This document shows positions 10,261 through 19,207 of a stretch of 32,000 nt of DNA, one piece after another. The first letter of the stretch is position 1, and each line of letters starts with the position of its first letter. A program made the position numbers and the translations under genes. This stretch comes from Parasynechococcus marenigrum WH 8102 (GTDB lineage: Bacteria > Cyanobacteriota > Cyanobacteriia > PCC-6307 > Cyanobiaceae): contig NC_005070.1 of the NCBI RefSeq assembly GCF_000195975.1, forward strand, positions 1,440,001-1,472,000, in the 5' to 3' direction. The notes under the pieces were generated by a model. The model was not told where the DNA came from and did not search any database. It worked only from the letters and a program-made list of their open reading frames with translations.

Positions 10261-11276
10261 CCCGGATCCTGGTCACTGGCGCCAGCGGCTGCGTCGGTCA
10301 ATACATCTCTCACTGGCTGCTGCTGCATTCCGATGCGGAGTTGCTGCTCTGGCTTAGGGATCCGTCCAAACTCACAGCGGTACTGGCAGACCATCCCCGG
10401 GTCCGGCTGTTGGTGGGTGACCTGCGGGACACGGATCGGTTTGTGGCGGAACTGGCAACGGTGAACCGTGTGATTCACACCGCCACCGCATGGGGCGATC
10501 CGGAACGGGCGGAGCAGGTGAATGTGGTGGCCGTGAAGCGACTGCTGCAACTGCTCAATCCCCACGTGGTGGAGCAGATCATCTACTTCTCAACGGCCAG
10601 CATCCTGGACCGTGACCTCAGGCCCTTGCCGGAGGCGCAGGCCTACGGCACCGAATACATCCAAACCAAGGCTCGGTGTTTGGAGCAACTGGAGCAGCAT
10701 CCGCTGGCGGCCAAGATCATTGCCGTGTTCCCAACCCTCGTGTTCGGTGGCCGCGTGGACGGCACCAGCCCATACCCCACCAGCTATCTCACGGAGGGCC
10801 TGGCGGAAGCGAGTCGATGGCTCTGGCTGGCCCGCTGGCTGCGGGCCGACGCCAGCTTCCACTTCATCCATGCGGAGGACATCGCCCGGATCTGCGGCCA
10901 GTTCGCCACACGGCCCCATGAACCGAACCGTGAGCCGGGCCAAGGGGCCCTTCGCCGGGTGGTGATGGGACAGCAGGCGATCAGCGTTGACGACGCCGTG
11001 GCGACCCTCTGCCGCTGGCGCGGGGTGGGCCGGACACCGGGAATCCCCCTCTGGGCCTGGCTGATCGAAACCCTGATCAAGATCCTGCCGATCGAGGTGA
11101 ATGCCTGGGATCGCTTCAGCATCCGTCAACGCCACTTCATCCATGACCCGGTGAGCCCTCCCGAGCGCTTCGGGGGGGAGAGCCATGCCCCCACCTTGGA
11201 AACAGTTCTTAGCGATTCCGGCCTACCCAACCGCGGCAGCCCCAGAACCCAGCGTAAAGTCCTTCCAACGACCTAA
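10257..11276 (+). CDS. NAD(P)-dependent epimerase/dehydratase family (SDR) protein
   Basis: The TTG start overlaps the hemE stop (TTGA at 10257-10260). The Rossmann motif follows immediately ([14 protein letters not shown]). Confidence 0.8.
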   Translation: MTRILVTGASGCVGQYISHWLLLHSDAELLLWLRDPSKLTAVLADHPRVRLLVGDLRDTDRFVAELATVNRVIHTATAWGDPERAEQVNVVAVKRLLQLLNPHVVEQIIYFSTASILDRDLRPLPEAQAYGTEYIQTKARCLEQLEQHPLAAKIIAVFPTLVFGGRVDGTSPYPTSYLTEGLAEASRWLWLARWLRADASFHFIHAEDIARICGQFATRPHEPNREPGQGALRRVVMGQQAISVDDAVATLCRWRGVGRTPGIPLWAWLIETLIKILPIEVNAWDRFSIRQRHFIHDPVSPPERFGGESHAPTLETVLSDSGLPNRGSPRTQRKVLPTT

Positions 11277-11283
11277 TTCATTC

Positions 11284-11643
11284 ATGCGGTCCGTCCTTCG
11301 CACCCTTGCAGCTGCCTGCTGCGCCCTCCTGATGCTGATCGGCTTGAACGTCGGTACTGCACAGGCCGCCACCGTCGAAGTCAAGCTCGGCACCGACGCC
11401 GGCATGCTCGCCTTCGAACCCGCCACCGTCAACATCAAGGCCGGTGACACCGTCAAGTTCATCAACAACAAGCTGGCTCCCCACAACGCCGTGTTCGACG
11501 GCCACGACGAGTACAGCCACGGCGATCTGGCCTTCAACCCCGGTGAGTCCTGGGAAGAGACCTTCAGTGAAGCCGGCACCTTCGACTACTACTGCGAGCC
11601 CCACCGCGGTGCTGGCATGGTCGGCAAAGTGATCGTCGAGTGA
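11284..11643 (+). CDS. petE: plastocyanin precursor
   Basis: An internal ATG at 11284 gives the signal peptide [28 protein letters not shown]. The mature protein has the type-1 copper site (...APHNAVF..., [14 protein letters not shown]). Confidence 0.95.
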   Translation: MRSVLRTLAAACCALLMLIGLNVGTAQAATVEVKLGTDAGMLAFEPATVNIKAGDTVKFINNKLAPHNAVFDGHDEYSHGDLAFNPGESWEETFSEAGTFDYYCEPHRGAGMVGKVIVE

Positions 11644-11685
11644 TCGGTTAACTCTCTGCTCAGACCTCAGGATTAACAGTTCAAA

Positions 11686-11727
11686 AACCCCGGACTGTGT
11701 CAAACATGGTCCGGGGTTCTTTCATTT
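11686..11727 (+). terminator. rho-independent terminator after petE
   Basis: A 10-bp stem pairs AACCCCGGAC (11686-11695) with GTCCGGGGTT (11709-11718) around a 13-nt loop. A T-rich tail, CTTTCATTT, follows. Confidence 0.6.
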
Positions 11728-11768
11728 GTCGGATGCGATCGATAGCTTGGAGAAACCAATGACTCTCG

Positions 11769-12125
11769 ATGGTGAGACTTGCCGGCCTGTTGCTGATGTT
11801 GCTTGCCCTGATCGGGCCGGTGCTGGTTCCTATTCCTGCGTGTGCCCTCGAGAGCGCACTGATTGAACAGGGGGAGCAAATCTTCAGCAGCAACTGTGCG
11901 GCCTGCCACATGGGGGGTGGCAATGTGATCCGGGCCAATCGCAGCCTGAAAATCCGGGATCTCAATGCCCATCTGGAGGAATATCAGCAGGATCCCCTGG
12001 AAGCGATCGAACACCAGATCGAAGCTGGCAAGAATGCGATGCCTTCTTACGAAGGCAAACTCACCGAAGCCGAGATCATCGCTGTGGCTACCTACGTGGA
12101 ACAGCAAGCCGAACTCGGCTGGTAA
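11769..12125 (+). CDS. petJ: cytochrome c6 precursor
   Basis: There is a signal peptide, the haem site NCAACHMGGGN, and the C-terminal GKNAMPSYEGKLTEAEIIAVATYVEQQAELGW typical of c6. Confidence 0.9.
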   Translation: MVRLAGLLLMLLALIGPVLVPIPACALESALIEQGEQIFSSNCAACHMGGGNVIRANRSLKIRDLNAHLEEYQQDPLEAIEHQIEAGKNAMPSYEGKLTEAEIIAVATYVEQQAELGW

Positions 12126-12129
12126 CGCG

Positions 12130-12357
12130 ATGAGCCGAGAAGCGCTCAGCGATTTTCTACGAGCGGTTGAGCGCTATCAGCCGCTGCGACGCGAGGCATC
12201 GGCCTGTCGCAACGATGCGGAACTGATTGAGTTGGCCCGCAGCCATGGCTTTGCGTTGCACCCAGCCGATCTGCAAAGCGACGCTGCCGAGAGTCGCACC
12301 GGACGGTGGTTCCAAACCAGCAGACTGAATCATCCCTTCCGTTCACCGACGTCCTGA
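12130..12357 (+). CDS. Nif11-domain small protein (75 aa)
   Basis: The ATG lies 4 nt after the petJ stop. MSREALSDFLRAVERYQPLRREASACRNDAELIELARSHGFALHPADL matches the Nif11 N-terminal domain pattern (M-S-x3-L-x2-F-L ... LA-x2-x-GF ... DL). The same domain opens the cupin protein at 21618..22133. Confidence 0.7.
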   Translation: MSREALSDFLRAVERYQPLRREASACRNDAELIELARSHGFALHPADLQSDAAESRTGRWFQTSRLNHPFRSPTS

Positions 12358-12755
12358 TGGCCGTTGTCACCTTGCTGAGCGACTTTGTTGACGGGTCGAG
12401 CATGGCGCTTGCGGAAGACACCGATGCCTCAGACCTCAACGCCTTCATGACGGCCAATCAGGGCCGGCTGTGGGCCAGCGTGCAACAACGCCGGCGTCAG
12501 AAACAGCTCACCGGAGTGCGGCGTGGACCCGGCACCGTCTTCTTCGCCCGCGATCAAAGAGCGGCAGCCGCGGTGGAGAACTACCTCCGCTGCGATAAGG
12601 GATCTCAGGAAGAACAACAAGCCCTGGAGGCGATGCAGAAGGCTGGTGTCGAAATCGCCCCGCACGTCGGCAGCGATGGCGAGCGCAGGGTTCTGTTGGA
12701 TGGTCAGCTGCGGGGACTGACACCACAGGCCAAGGTTCAGGGGTTTGGCGGATGA
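12357..12755 (+). CDS. hypothetical protein (132 aa)
   Basis: ATG 12357 shares one nucleotide with the Nif11 gene stop (TGATG). The frame upstream of this ATG is not protein-like. I recognise no family. Confidence 0.5.
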   Translation: MAVVTLLSDFVDGSSMALAEDTDASDLNAFMTANQGRLWASVQQRRRQKQLTGVRRGPGTVFFARDQRAAAAVENYLRCDKGSQEEQQALEAMQKAGVEIAPHVGSDGERRVLLDGQLRGLTPQAKVQGFGG

Positions 12756-13027
12756 GCCTTCCCGAGAACCCATTGGGCCTGAGCACGCTGGATGAATTGA
12801 TCGGCTGGACGACCACCTATTTCCACTTCAAACATGCTCTGGAACAGGTGCCTCTCCAACCTGGCGAAGCCCAGCAATACCTGGAGGCCTTCACCCCCTT
12901 TCGGGAACGATTGGCCCATGAAATGAACAAGCAGGCCATCCTCGAGGCACGCTTGCCGAAGGAGATGCGCGACAAGATCGCGGCAGAGAAGCCAAATCTG
13001 CTGAGGATCCGCGAGCTACTGAGCTGA
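12752..13027 (+). CDS. hypothetical protein (91 aa), helical and charged
   Basis: There is an ATGA start/stop overlap with the preceding ORF at 12752-12755. I recognise no family. Confidence 0.5.
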   Translation: MSLPENPLGLSTLDELIGWTTTYFHFKHALEQVPLQPGEAQQYLEAFTPFRERLAHEMNKQAILEARLPKEMRDKIAAEKPNLLRIRELLS

Positions 13028-13216
13028 TCGCGCGGCGTTCAGCACCGCGAGATAGAGCTCCTCATCGATCTCGCGGATGTCGTATTCACTGGGCTTCATG
13101 CCGTGGTGGTGCTCATGCACCACCATCCAGCAGCTGCGCTCCAGCTCTCCACCCGCACTGGCCGACAGCTGCAGGCTTTTATCCACCAGGGTTTGCAGGA
13201 GCTGCGGATCGGACAT
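13016..13216 (-). CDS. hypothetical small protein (66 aa) with an HEHHHG cluster
   Basis: An ATG-initiated ORF that is divergent from clpB. It contains WMVVHEHHHGMKPSEYD. Its 3' end overlaps the convergent 91-aa ORF by 12 nt. Confidence 0.45.
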   Translation of the reverse strand: MSDPQLLQTLVDKSLQLSASAGGELERSCWMVVHEHHHGMKPSEYDIREIDEELYLAVLNAARSAQ

Positions 13217-13320
13217 GCCAGATCGGATGTTCGGGGAACTGTAAAAACCGCAGCCGGTTCACCGCCATCGGCATCAGCTGAATGCCCATACGGTTTGTTC
13301 AGGACAACCGCAACAGTCAT

Positions 13321-15909
13321 ATGCAACCCACAGCCGAACAGTTCACCGAACAGGCCTGGGCCGCCATCGTCGCGGCCCAGCAACTCGCCCAGGCCTCCAG
13401 GCACCAGCAGCTGGAAACCGAACATCTGCTGCTGGCGCTGCTTCGACAGAACGGACTGGCCGGGCGAATCCTCAGCAAAACCGGCGTTGACGTCACCACC
13501 TTCGAGGCCAGTGTTGAAGGCCATCTGCAACGGCTTCCCAGCCTTGGCTCGGCACCCGACTCGGTGTTTCTTGGCCGATCCCTCAACAAGGCCCTCGACC
13601 GAGCCGAGCAGCGGCGGGATGGATTCGGCGACAGCTTCATCGCCATCGAGCATCTGCTTCTGGCCCTGGCGGAGGATGATCGCTGCGGCCGGCAACTGCT
13701 CAGCCAGGCCGGGGTGACCACCAACACACTCAAGGAGGCGATCACGGCGGTGCGCGGCAACCAAACGGTGACAGACCAGAACCCTGAGGCCACCTACGAA
13801 TCCCTGGCGAAATACGGCCGCGATCTCACAGCAGCGGCCCGCGATGGTCAGCTGGATCCGGTGATCGGACGGGATGAAGAGATCCGCCGCACCATTCAGA
13901 TACTCAGCCGCCGCACCAAGAACAACCCCGTGCTGATCGGTGAACCCGGGGTCGGCAAAACAGCAATCGTCGAGGGCTTGGCACAGCGGATCGTCAATGG
14001 TGATGTGCCCCAGGCCCTGCAGAACCGACAGCTCATTACCCTCGACATGGGTGCCCTGATCGCCGGGGCGAAATACCGGGGTGAGTTCGAAGAACGGCTC
14101 AAAGCGGTGCTGAAGGAGGTCACCACCTCCGATGGACAGATTGTGCTGTTCATCGATGAGATCCACACGGTGGTGGGCGCTGGCGCCAGCGGTGGTGCCA
14201 TGGACGCCAGCAATCTGCTGAAACCGATGCTGGCCCGGGGTGAACTGCGCTGCATCGGGGCCACCACCCTTGATGAGCACCGTCAGCACATCGAAAAGGA
14301 TCCCGCCCTGGAGCGACGCTTTCAGCAGGTGCTGGTGGATCAGCCCACAGTGCCGGACACGATTTCAATCCTGCGGGGCCTGAAGGAGCGCTACGAGGTA
14401 CACCACGGCGTACGCATTGCCGACAGCGCTTTGGTGGCCGCCGCCATGCTCAGCAGCAGATACATCACCGATCGCTTCCTGCCGGACAAGGCCATCGACC
14501 TGGTGGATGAATCCGCCGCCCGGCTGAAAATGGAGATCACCTCCAAACCGGAGCAGATCGACGAGATCGATCGCAAAATTCTGCAGCTGGAGATGGAAAA
14601 ACTCTCCCTCGGCCGTGAGTCCGACAGTGCCAGCCAGGAGCGGTTGCAACGGATTGAACGGGAATTGGCGGAACTGGGTGAACAACAGAGCAGCCTCAAT
14701 GCCCAGTGGCAGAGCGAAAAAGGTGCCATTGATCAGCTCTCGGCTCTCAAGGAGGAGATCGAACGGGTGCAGCTGCAGGTGGAGCAGGCCAAACGCAATT
14801 ACGACCTCAACAAGGCAGCTGAACTCGAATACGGAACTCTCGCCACGCTGCAACGCCAGCTGCAGGAGCAGGAAGACCTCTTGGAAGACGAGGACGGAAC
14901 AGACAAAACCCTGCTGCGGGAGGAGGTCACCGAAGACGACATCGCTGAAGTGATTGCCAAGTGGACCGGCATCCCCGTGGCTCGCCTGGTGCAGAGCGAA
15001 ATGGAGAAACTGCTGCAGCTGGAGGACGACCTGCATCAACGGGTGATCGGACAGAACCAGGCGGTCACTGCCGTTGCCGACGCGATTCAACGCTCAAGGG
15101 CAGGCCTCAGCGATCCCAACCGGCCCATCGCGAGCTTTCTGTTCCTCGGGCCGACGGGTGTCGGCAAGACGGAACTGTCCAAGGCGCTGGCCAATCGCCT
15201 GTTCGACAGCGACGACGCCATGGTGCGCATCGACATGTCGGAGTACATGGAGAAACACACCGTGAGCCGACTGATCGGTGCCCCTCCGGGCTATGTGGGT
15301 TATGAAGCCGGCGGCCAGCTCACGGAAGCGGTACGGCGACGGCCTTACGCCGTGATCCTGTTCGACGAGGTGGAGAAAGCCCACCCCGATGTGTTCAATG
15401 TGATGCTGCAGATCCTCGATGACGGCCGCGTTACCGACGGCCAGGGCCGCACGGTGGATTTCACCAACACCGTGTTGATCCTCACCAGCAACATCGGCAG
15501 CCAATCGATTCTTGAGCTGGCTGGGGATCCGGAGCAACACACGGCGATGGAGCAACGGGTCAACGAGGCGCTCAAGGCCAAATTCCGTCCCGAATTTCTC
15601 AACAGGCTCGACGATCAGATCATCTTCCGCAGCCTTGAAAAAGAGGAGCTGCGCCGGATCGTGTCACTGCAGGTGGAGCGTCTGCGGTCGCGACTGGAGC
15701 AACGCAAGCTGGACCTTCAGCTCAGCGACATCGCAGCCGATTGGCTGGCCACCATTGGCTTTGACCCGGTTTACGGAGCAAGACCCCTCAAACGCGCCAT
15801 CCAGCGGGAGCTGGAAACACCAATCGCCAAAGCGATCCTGGCGGGACAGCTCAGTGAGGGACAGACGGTGCAGGTTGATGCAGGTGACGACAAACTCTCA
15901 ATCAGTTGA
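13321..15909 (+). CDS. clpB: ATP-dependent chaperone ClpB
   Basis: ATG 13321 gives [13 protein letters not shown]. There are two AAA+ modules ([18 protein letters not shown]; [15 protein letters not shown]) separated by a long coiled-coil middle domain. Confidence 0.97.
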   Translation: MQPTAEQFTEQAWAAIVAAQQLAQASRHQQLETEHLLLALLRQNGLAGRILSKTGVDVTTFEASVEGHLQRLPSLGSAPDSVFLGRSLNKALDRAEQRRDGFGDSFIAIEHLLLALAEDDRCGRQLLSQAGVTTNTLKEAITAVRGNQTVTDQNPEATYESLAKYGRDLTAAARDGQLDPVIGRDEEIRRTIQILSRRTKNNPVLIGEPGVGKTAIVEGLAQRIVNGDVPQALQNRQLITLDMGALIAGAKYRGEFEERLKAVLKEVTTSDGQIVLFIDEIHTVVGAGASGGAMDASNLLKPMLARGELRCIGATTLDEHRQHIEKDPALERRFQQVLVDQPTVPDTISILRGLKERYEVHHGVRIADSALVAAAMLSSRYITDRFLPDKAIDLVDESAARLKMEITSKPEQIDEIDRKILQLEMEKLSLGRESDSASQERLQRIERELAELGEQQSSLNAQWQSEKGAIDQLSALKEEIERVQLQVEQAKRNYDLNKAAELEYGTLATLQRQLQEQEDLLEDEDGTDKTLLREEVTEDDIAEVIAKWTGIPVARLVQSEMEKLLQLEDDLHQRVIGQNQAVTAVADAIQRSRAGLSDPNRPIASFLFLGPTGVGKTELSKALANRLFDSDDAMVRIDMSEYMEKHTVSRLIGAPPGYVGYEAGGQLTEAVRRRPYAVILFDEVEKAHPDVFNVMLQILDDGRVTDGQGRTVDFTNTVLILTSNIGSQSILELAGDPEQHTAMEQRVNEALKAKFRPEFLNRLDDQIIFRSLEKEELRRIVSLQVERLRSRLEQRKLDLQLSDIAADWLATIGFDPVYGARPLKRAIQRELETPIAKAILAGQLSEGQTVQVDAGDDKLSIS

Positions 15910-15918
15910 AGCAACCGC

Positions 15919-16395
15919 TCAACCAGCAGCCTCGAACCAAGACGGCACAGCATGAACCTGCGCAGCATTGCGCGAATTCTCACGCGCTTCAACAGCCCAG
16001 CAGCAGCTACGTCCGCCATCCCGTTGCTTGAGGAGGCTGTTGGCCCAATCCCATACCAGAGCGGCGGTTGACTCCATCCCCACGTTGTCCATCACCCGCA
16101 GATCAAGCGCTCCCTGTTCATGCAACCTTCTCCAATCCTCAAGAAGAGGATCATCGGCATTGACCAAAAAGGTGTGGTCGAACTGCTCGCGCAGCTGCTG
16201 CTCCAACGGACGCAAACTTGAGAAATCGACCACAAACCCACACTCATCAAGCTCGGTGGCGGCGAACCAAAGCGTGAAACTCCTGCTGTATCCGTGCACG
16301 AAGCGGCAATGCCCCGCATGGCGCCACTGGCGATGGCAACAGGGATAGCCCTCGAACTGTTTGCTGCAGGTGAAACGCGTCGGGGGGTCAGGCAC
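15919..16395 (-). CDS. 6-pyruvoyl-tetrahydropterin synthase family protein (QueD/PTPS-like)
   Basis: GTG start. [33 protein letters not shown]...FVVDFSSL... has the PTPS-fold signature. The usual HGH is HGY here, so I leave the exact subfamily open. Confidence 0.75.
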   Translation of the reverse strand: MPDPPTRFTCSKQFEGYPCCHRQWRHAGHCRFVHGYSRSFTLWFAATELDECGFVVDFSSLRPLEQQLREQFDHTFLVNADDPLLEDWRRLHEQGALDLRVMDNVGMESTAALVWDWANSLLKQRDGGRSCCWAVEARENSRNAAQVHAVPSWFEAAG

Positions 16396-16459
16396 GATTG
16401 GCAGAAGGGCGAAGTCGGTCAGAACGCTGCGGGAGGATCAAGGCAGAAACCGAGGACTG

Positions 16460-17128
16460 ATGCAGCCCCTCAGCCCCGCCTTCATCGACCAACTCCGTTT
16501 TAACGAAGCGGGGTTGATCCCAGCGATCGCCCAGGACTGGCTGGACGGGGCCGTTCTGATGGTGGCCTGGATGAACAGGGAATCGATCCAACAAACCCTG
16601 AACAGCGGCGAGGCCCATTACTGGAGTCGTTCACGACAGGAGCTGTGGCACAAAGGAGCCACCAGTGGTCACACCCAGACCCTGCGTTCCATCCGCTACG
16701 ACTGCGATGCTGATGTGCTGCTGCTGACCATCGAACAACGTGGCGACATCGCTTGCCACACCGGTGCCCGCAGCTGCTTCTACGAAGGCGGCGATCAACG
16801 TTCCGATGGGGGCTCAAATGCCTTGTCTCCCCCTGCGGACGCTTGCACCGAGCTGTTTCGCGTGATCGAGTCTCGGCGAGACAACCCGGAGGAAGGCAGC
16901 TACACAAACAAGCTGCTGGAGGGGGGTGACAACAAGATTCTCAAGAAAATCGGCGAGGAGAGTGCTGAATTCGTGATGGCCTGCAAGGACGACAATCCTG
17001 AGGAGATCGCAGGAGAAGCCGCCGACATCCTCTTCCACATGCAAGTGGCCTTGGCGCACCACGGCGTGAGCTGGCGTCAGGTTCAGGAGGTGCTGGCCGC
17101 ACGACGAGGTGCCCCGAGGCGGCACTAG
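16460..17128 (+). CDS. hisIE: bifunctional phosphoribosyl-AMP cyclohydrolase / phosphoribosyl-ATP pyrophosphatase
   Basis: The internal ATG at 16460 gives [30 protein letters not shown]...[14 protein letters not shown] (HisI), followed by [26 protein letters not shown]...EAADILFH (HisE). Confidence 0.9.
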   Translation: MQPLSPAFIDQLRFNEAGLIPAIAQDWLDGAVLMVAWMNRESIQQTLNSGEAHYWSRSRQELWHKGATSGHTQTLRSIRYDCDADVLLLTIEQRGDIACHTGARSCFYEGGDQRSDGGSNALSPPADACTELFRVIESRRDNPEEGSYTNKLLEGGDNKILKKIGEESAEFVMACKDDNPEEIAGEAADILFHMQVALAHHGVSWRQVQEVLAARRGAPRRH

Positions 17129-17790
17129 GGCAGACAGGGGCTATCGCTGCTGATCACCACCTCATCGCCAAGCTGAAGCGTGCCGAGCAAAGTCGTCAAC
17201 GTGTCCTGGTTGACGTTGATGCAACCACCGGTCACCGATTGACCGACGCGCCGCTCGTCGTTGGTGCCGTGGATGGCGAAGCTGTACCAGCGGAACTTGC
17301 CCTTGTAGGTGTTGAACTGAAATGGTTGGTCCGTGGGGGGTAGCGGGGTCAAACTGATAAATCCGATGCCGTACTCGCCGGACTGACCGTCGCCCTTGAA
17401 ATCGATGGAACTCATGTTGCGGAACAGTGAGTCCTTCAGCTCCGCTTCAGTCTTGCCGGATTGTTCCACCAGATCAGCCTCCATCGCGAAGTCGCTGTCA
17501 CTGAGGATCGCGTTGACACGAAACCTGCCGAGGGGCGTCAGCCCATCCTGAAAGCTAGTGCCAGCACAGGCGAGACCCAAGCGGCCGAAACCGACTGGAA
17601 ATCGCTGTGCCTCTCCACTGGCTTCAAGAATTCCCTCACTGGCAGAAGGGTTCTCAACATCCAATTGAATTCGCACCAGACGCCTCGACTCGGGCGCCTG
17701 CTCCCTCTCTGCCACGGGGTCGTCAGCGCTTGAACAGCTGGCGAGGGTCACCAGCAAGGCCAGCGAAAACAGAGAGCGAATAGTCAGCAC
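17125..17790 (-). CDS. L,D-transpeptidase family lipoprotein (YkuD domain)
   Basis: GTG start. There is a lipobox (LVTLASC) and the catalytic motif [20 protein letters not shown]. Confidence 0.8.
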   Translation of the reverse strand: MLTIRSLFSLALLVTLASCSSADDPVAEREQAPESRRLVRIQLDVENPSASEGILEASGEAQRFPVGFGRLGLACAGTSFQDGLTPLGRFRVNAILSDSDFAMEADLVEQSGKTEAELKDSLFRNMSSIDFKGDGQSGEYGIGFISLTPLPPTDQPFQFNTYKGKFRWYSFAIHGTNDERRVGQSVTGGCINVNQDTLTTLLGTLQLGDEVVISSDSPCLP

Positions 17791-17886
17791 GACAACTCAA
17801 TCGATGTCACCAGCTTGACGAGATCGCACTGACCGCGCATGGCACGATATGACAATCAAATCACATCTATATATACACGATATCGC

Positions 17887-18537
17887 TCAATCTTGCGTCT
17901 CGCTTCCCTCTGAAACTCCAAAGCGGGCGTCCTGGCTGCGCAGCCATTGCAGTGTCTCGAGATCTCTCTCCGAAAGCTTCAGGACCGGGGCCTTGCCCTG
18001 GTGAACAGCCATGGCATCTCCAGAGTCAGAACTATGTCCCCACAGCCCGAAGGCGTGGCCCAGCTCATGCAGAGCCGTGGCCTGAAGCACCGGCGCTCGT
18101 AATTCCGGGGAGACGAGCACCGACACCTTGGGCTCAAAGCGCCACACGCCCCGTCGACGCGCCCTCACGATCTGCAAACGACTACGACCATTGCTGGCAC
18201 GCCAGCCACTCGCTGTCCGCCGCCGCGGTGGCCTTCGACGCAGCAACTGCACATGGGCCCGACCCGGATCCTGGACACGAACCACAGGAAGATGAGCTGA
18301 CCAGGTATCGAGAGCCTCATCAACAGCTGAAAGCCAACGCGCTTGCCAACGATCAGGCGGATTACCCGTAGCTGGCTGAACCCAAACGCACCATCTGGGC
18401 AGTGAGGCCGGCCCCATGGAGGTGGTAGCCAGAGAGAGGCTGTACCCCGCCGAGACCTCAGACAACGGCAAGGGGGTCAACGGCGAGGCCTCCACCAGGC
18501 GGATTTCCTGAGCTGGAGGACAGGGCTCTGCAGGCAT
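17887..18537 (-). CDS. matrixin-like (M10-type) zinc metalloprotease
   Basis: HELGHAFGLWGH fits HExxHxxGxxH, followed by SDSGDAM (a Met-turn candidate). ATG 18537 shares one nucleotide with the upstream gene's TGA. Confidence 0.7.
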   Translation of the reverse strand: MPAEPCPPAQEIRLVEASPLTPLPLSEVSAGYSLSLATTSMGPASLPRWCVWVQPATGNPPDRWQARWLSAVDEALDTWSAHLPVVRVQDPGRAHVQLLRRRPPRRRTASGWRASNGRSRLQIVRARRRGVWRFEPKVSVLVSPELRAPVLQATALHELGHAFGLWGHSSDSGDAMAVHQGKAPVLKLSERDLETLQWLRSQDARFGVSEGSETQD

Positions 18538-19028
18538 CAAGCTGCAGGCAAACCAACGCCACGGGCCATCAGCGTTGCCAGGAATGGGATGCTGGCAAAC
18601 CCGACCAACTCAATGTTGATGATCCAGGCCAGTCGACTGGCCAGTGCTTCACTGACCTGCGGCAGTTCACCCTTACGAAGGGGGATCGCCCAGAGGATGT
18701 AAGTGATCGTTGGGTATAAGGACAGGCCGCCGACGGACAGATACAAACCGACCTTCCACCAGAACAATGGATTCTGCGTGTAGAACTCGGATCCCTGTCC
18801 GAAATGAATCACCCGAAGGATGCCGCTGACCAGCAGCGCCAGAGCTGCAATGCCGTAAACGATGTCGGTAACGACCATGGCCGTGGCTTCACCCCGATCA
18901 GGGTTGGCTTTGATCAGCTTGCGCTCCAACACCAGAGCACCGAAACAGAGCATGAAACTGACGTAGTGCACGTAGGCCACGCCGGCGTTTTTGGCGATGT
19001 CGGCAGTAAGGGCCACAGCCAGATGCAT
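18537..19028 (-). CDS. DUF2214-like integral membrane protein
   Basis: A 163-aa ATG-initiated product with about 5 hydrophobic helices. The family name comes from recollection of cyanobacterial annotations. Confidence 0.65.
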   Translation of the reverse strand: MHLAVALTADIAKNAGVAYVHYVSFMLCFGALVLERKLIKANPDRGEATAMVVTDIVYGIAALALLVSGILRVIHFGQGSEFYTQNPLFWWKVGLYLSVGGLSLYPTITYILWAIPLRKGELPQVSEALASRLAWIINIELVGFASIPFLATLMARGVGLPAA

Positions 19029-19207
19029 TGATTTCGACCAGGAAACGCCGCGACCCTAACCGGTGCGCCAGCACGCTTTTGAAAGAATCCCTTCAGACAA
19101 AAGAAGAAAAGGTATAAGTATTGCCGAAATATTAATTCCGCAGTCTTTATTACACCCAAGGAAGAAAAACACAGCTGTTCTAGCTTCAATTGAGCGACTA
19201 AAGCCAA
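19029..19207. promoter_or_regulatory. AT-rich divergent promoter region (membrane-protein/protease operon to the left, sigma factor to the right)
   Basis: A 179-bp spacer lies between divergent starts at 19028 (-) and 19208 (+). It is visibly much more AT-rich than its flanks (e.g. AAAGAAGAAAAGGTATAAGTATTGCCGAAATATTAATT). No specific -35/-10 boxes are assigned. Confidence 0.4.

Noticed and set aside
12130-12357. The Nif11-domain miniprotein as a lanthipeptide/prochlorosin-type RiPP precursor
   Set aside because: The region after the Nif11 domain (…SDAAESRTGRWFQTSRLNHPFRSPTS) has no GG/GA leader-cleavage motif and no Cys. The window contains no LanM-like modifying enzyme, peptidase-domain ABC exporter or other RiPP tailoring gene.
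13096-14289. Long antisense ORFs, including the 397 aa one opposite clpB. Others are 8128..9015 opposite glgB, 9876..10565, 10590..11186, 19588..20214, 28658..29335 and 31122..31787.
   Set aside because: Each lies entirely within a strongly supported gene on the other strand. Their translations are Arg/Gly/Ala/Pro-rich with no motifs, which is the usual stop-poor antisense frame of GC-rich DNA.
16523-16530. HIP1 palindrome GCGATCGC as a sign of HIP1-type repeat enrichment
   Set aside because: I found only this one perfect copy by eye, plus several imperfect near-matches. That is not enough to claim enrichment without a proper count.
17125-17128. hisIE and the L,D-transpeptidase gene share a CTAG palindrome, so their two TAG stops overlap on opposite strands
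   Set aside because: This is real but trivial. A 4-nt convergent overlap is common and needs no special explanation.
19103-19168. GAAGAAAA occurs twice (19103-19110 and 19161-19168) in the AT-rich spacer upstream of the sigma factor gene
   Set aside because: This is a low-complexity purine run in an AT-rich region, so repetition by chance is likely. No matching structure or spacing argument supports it.
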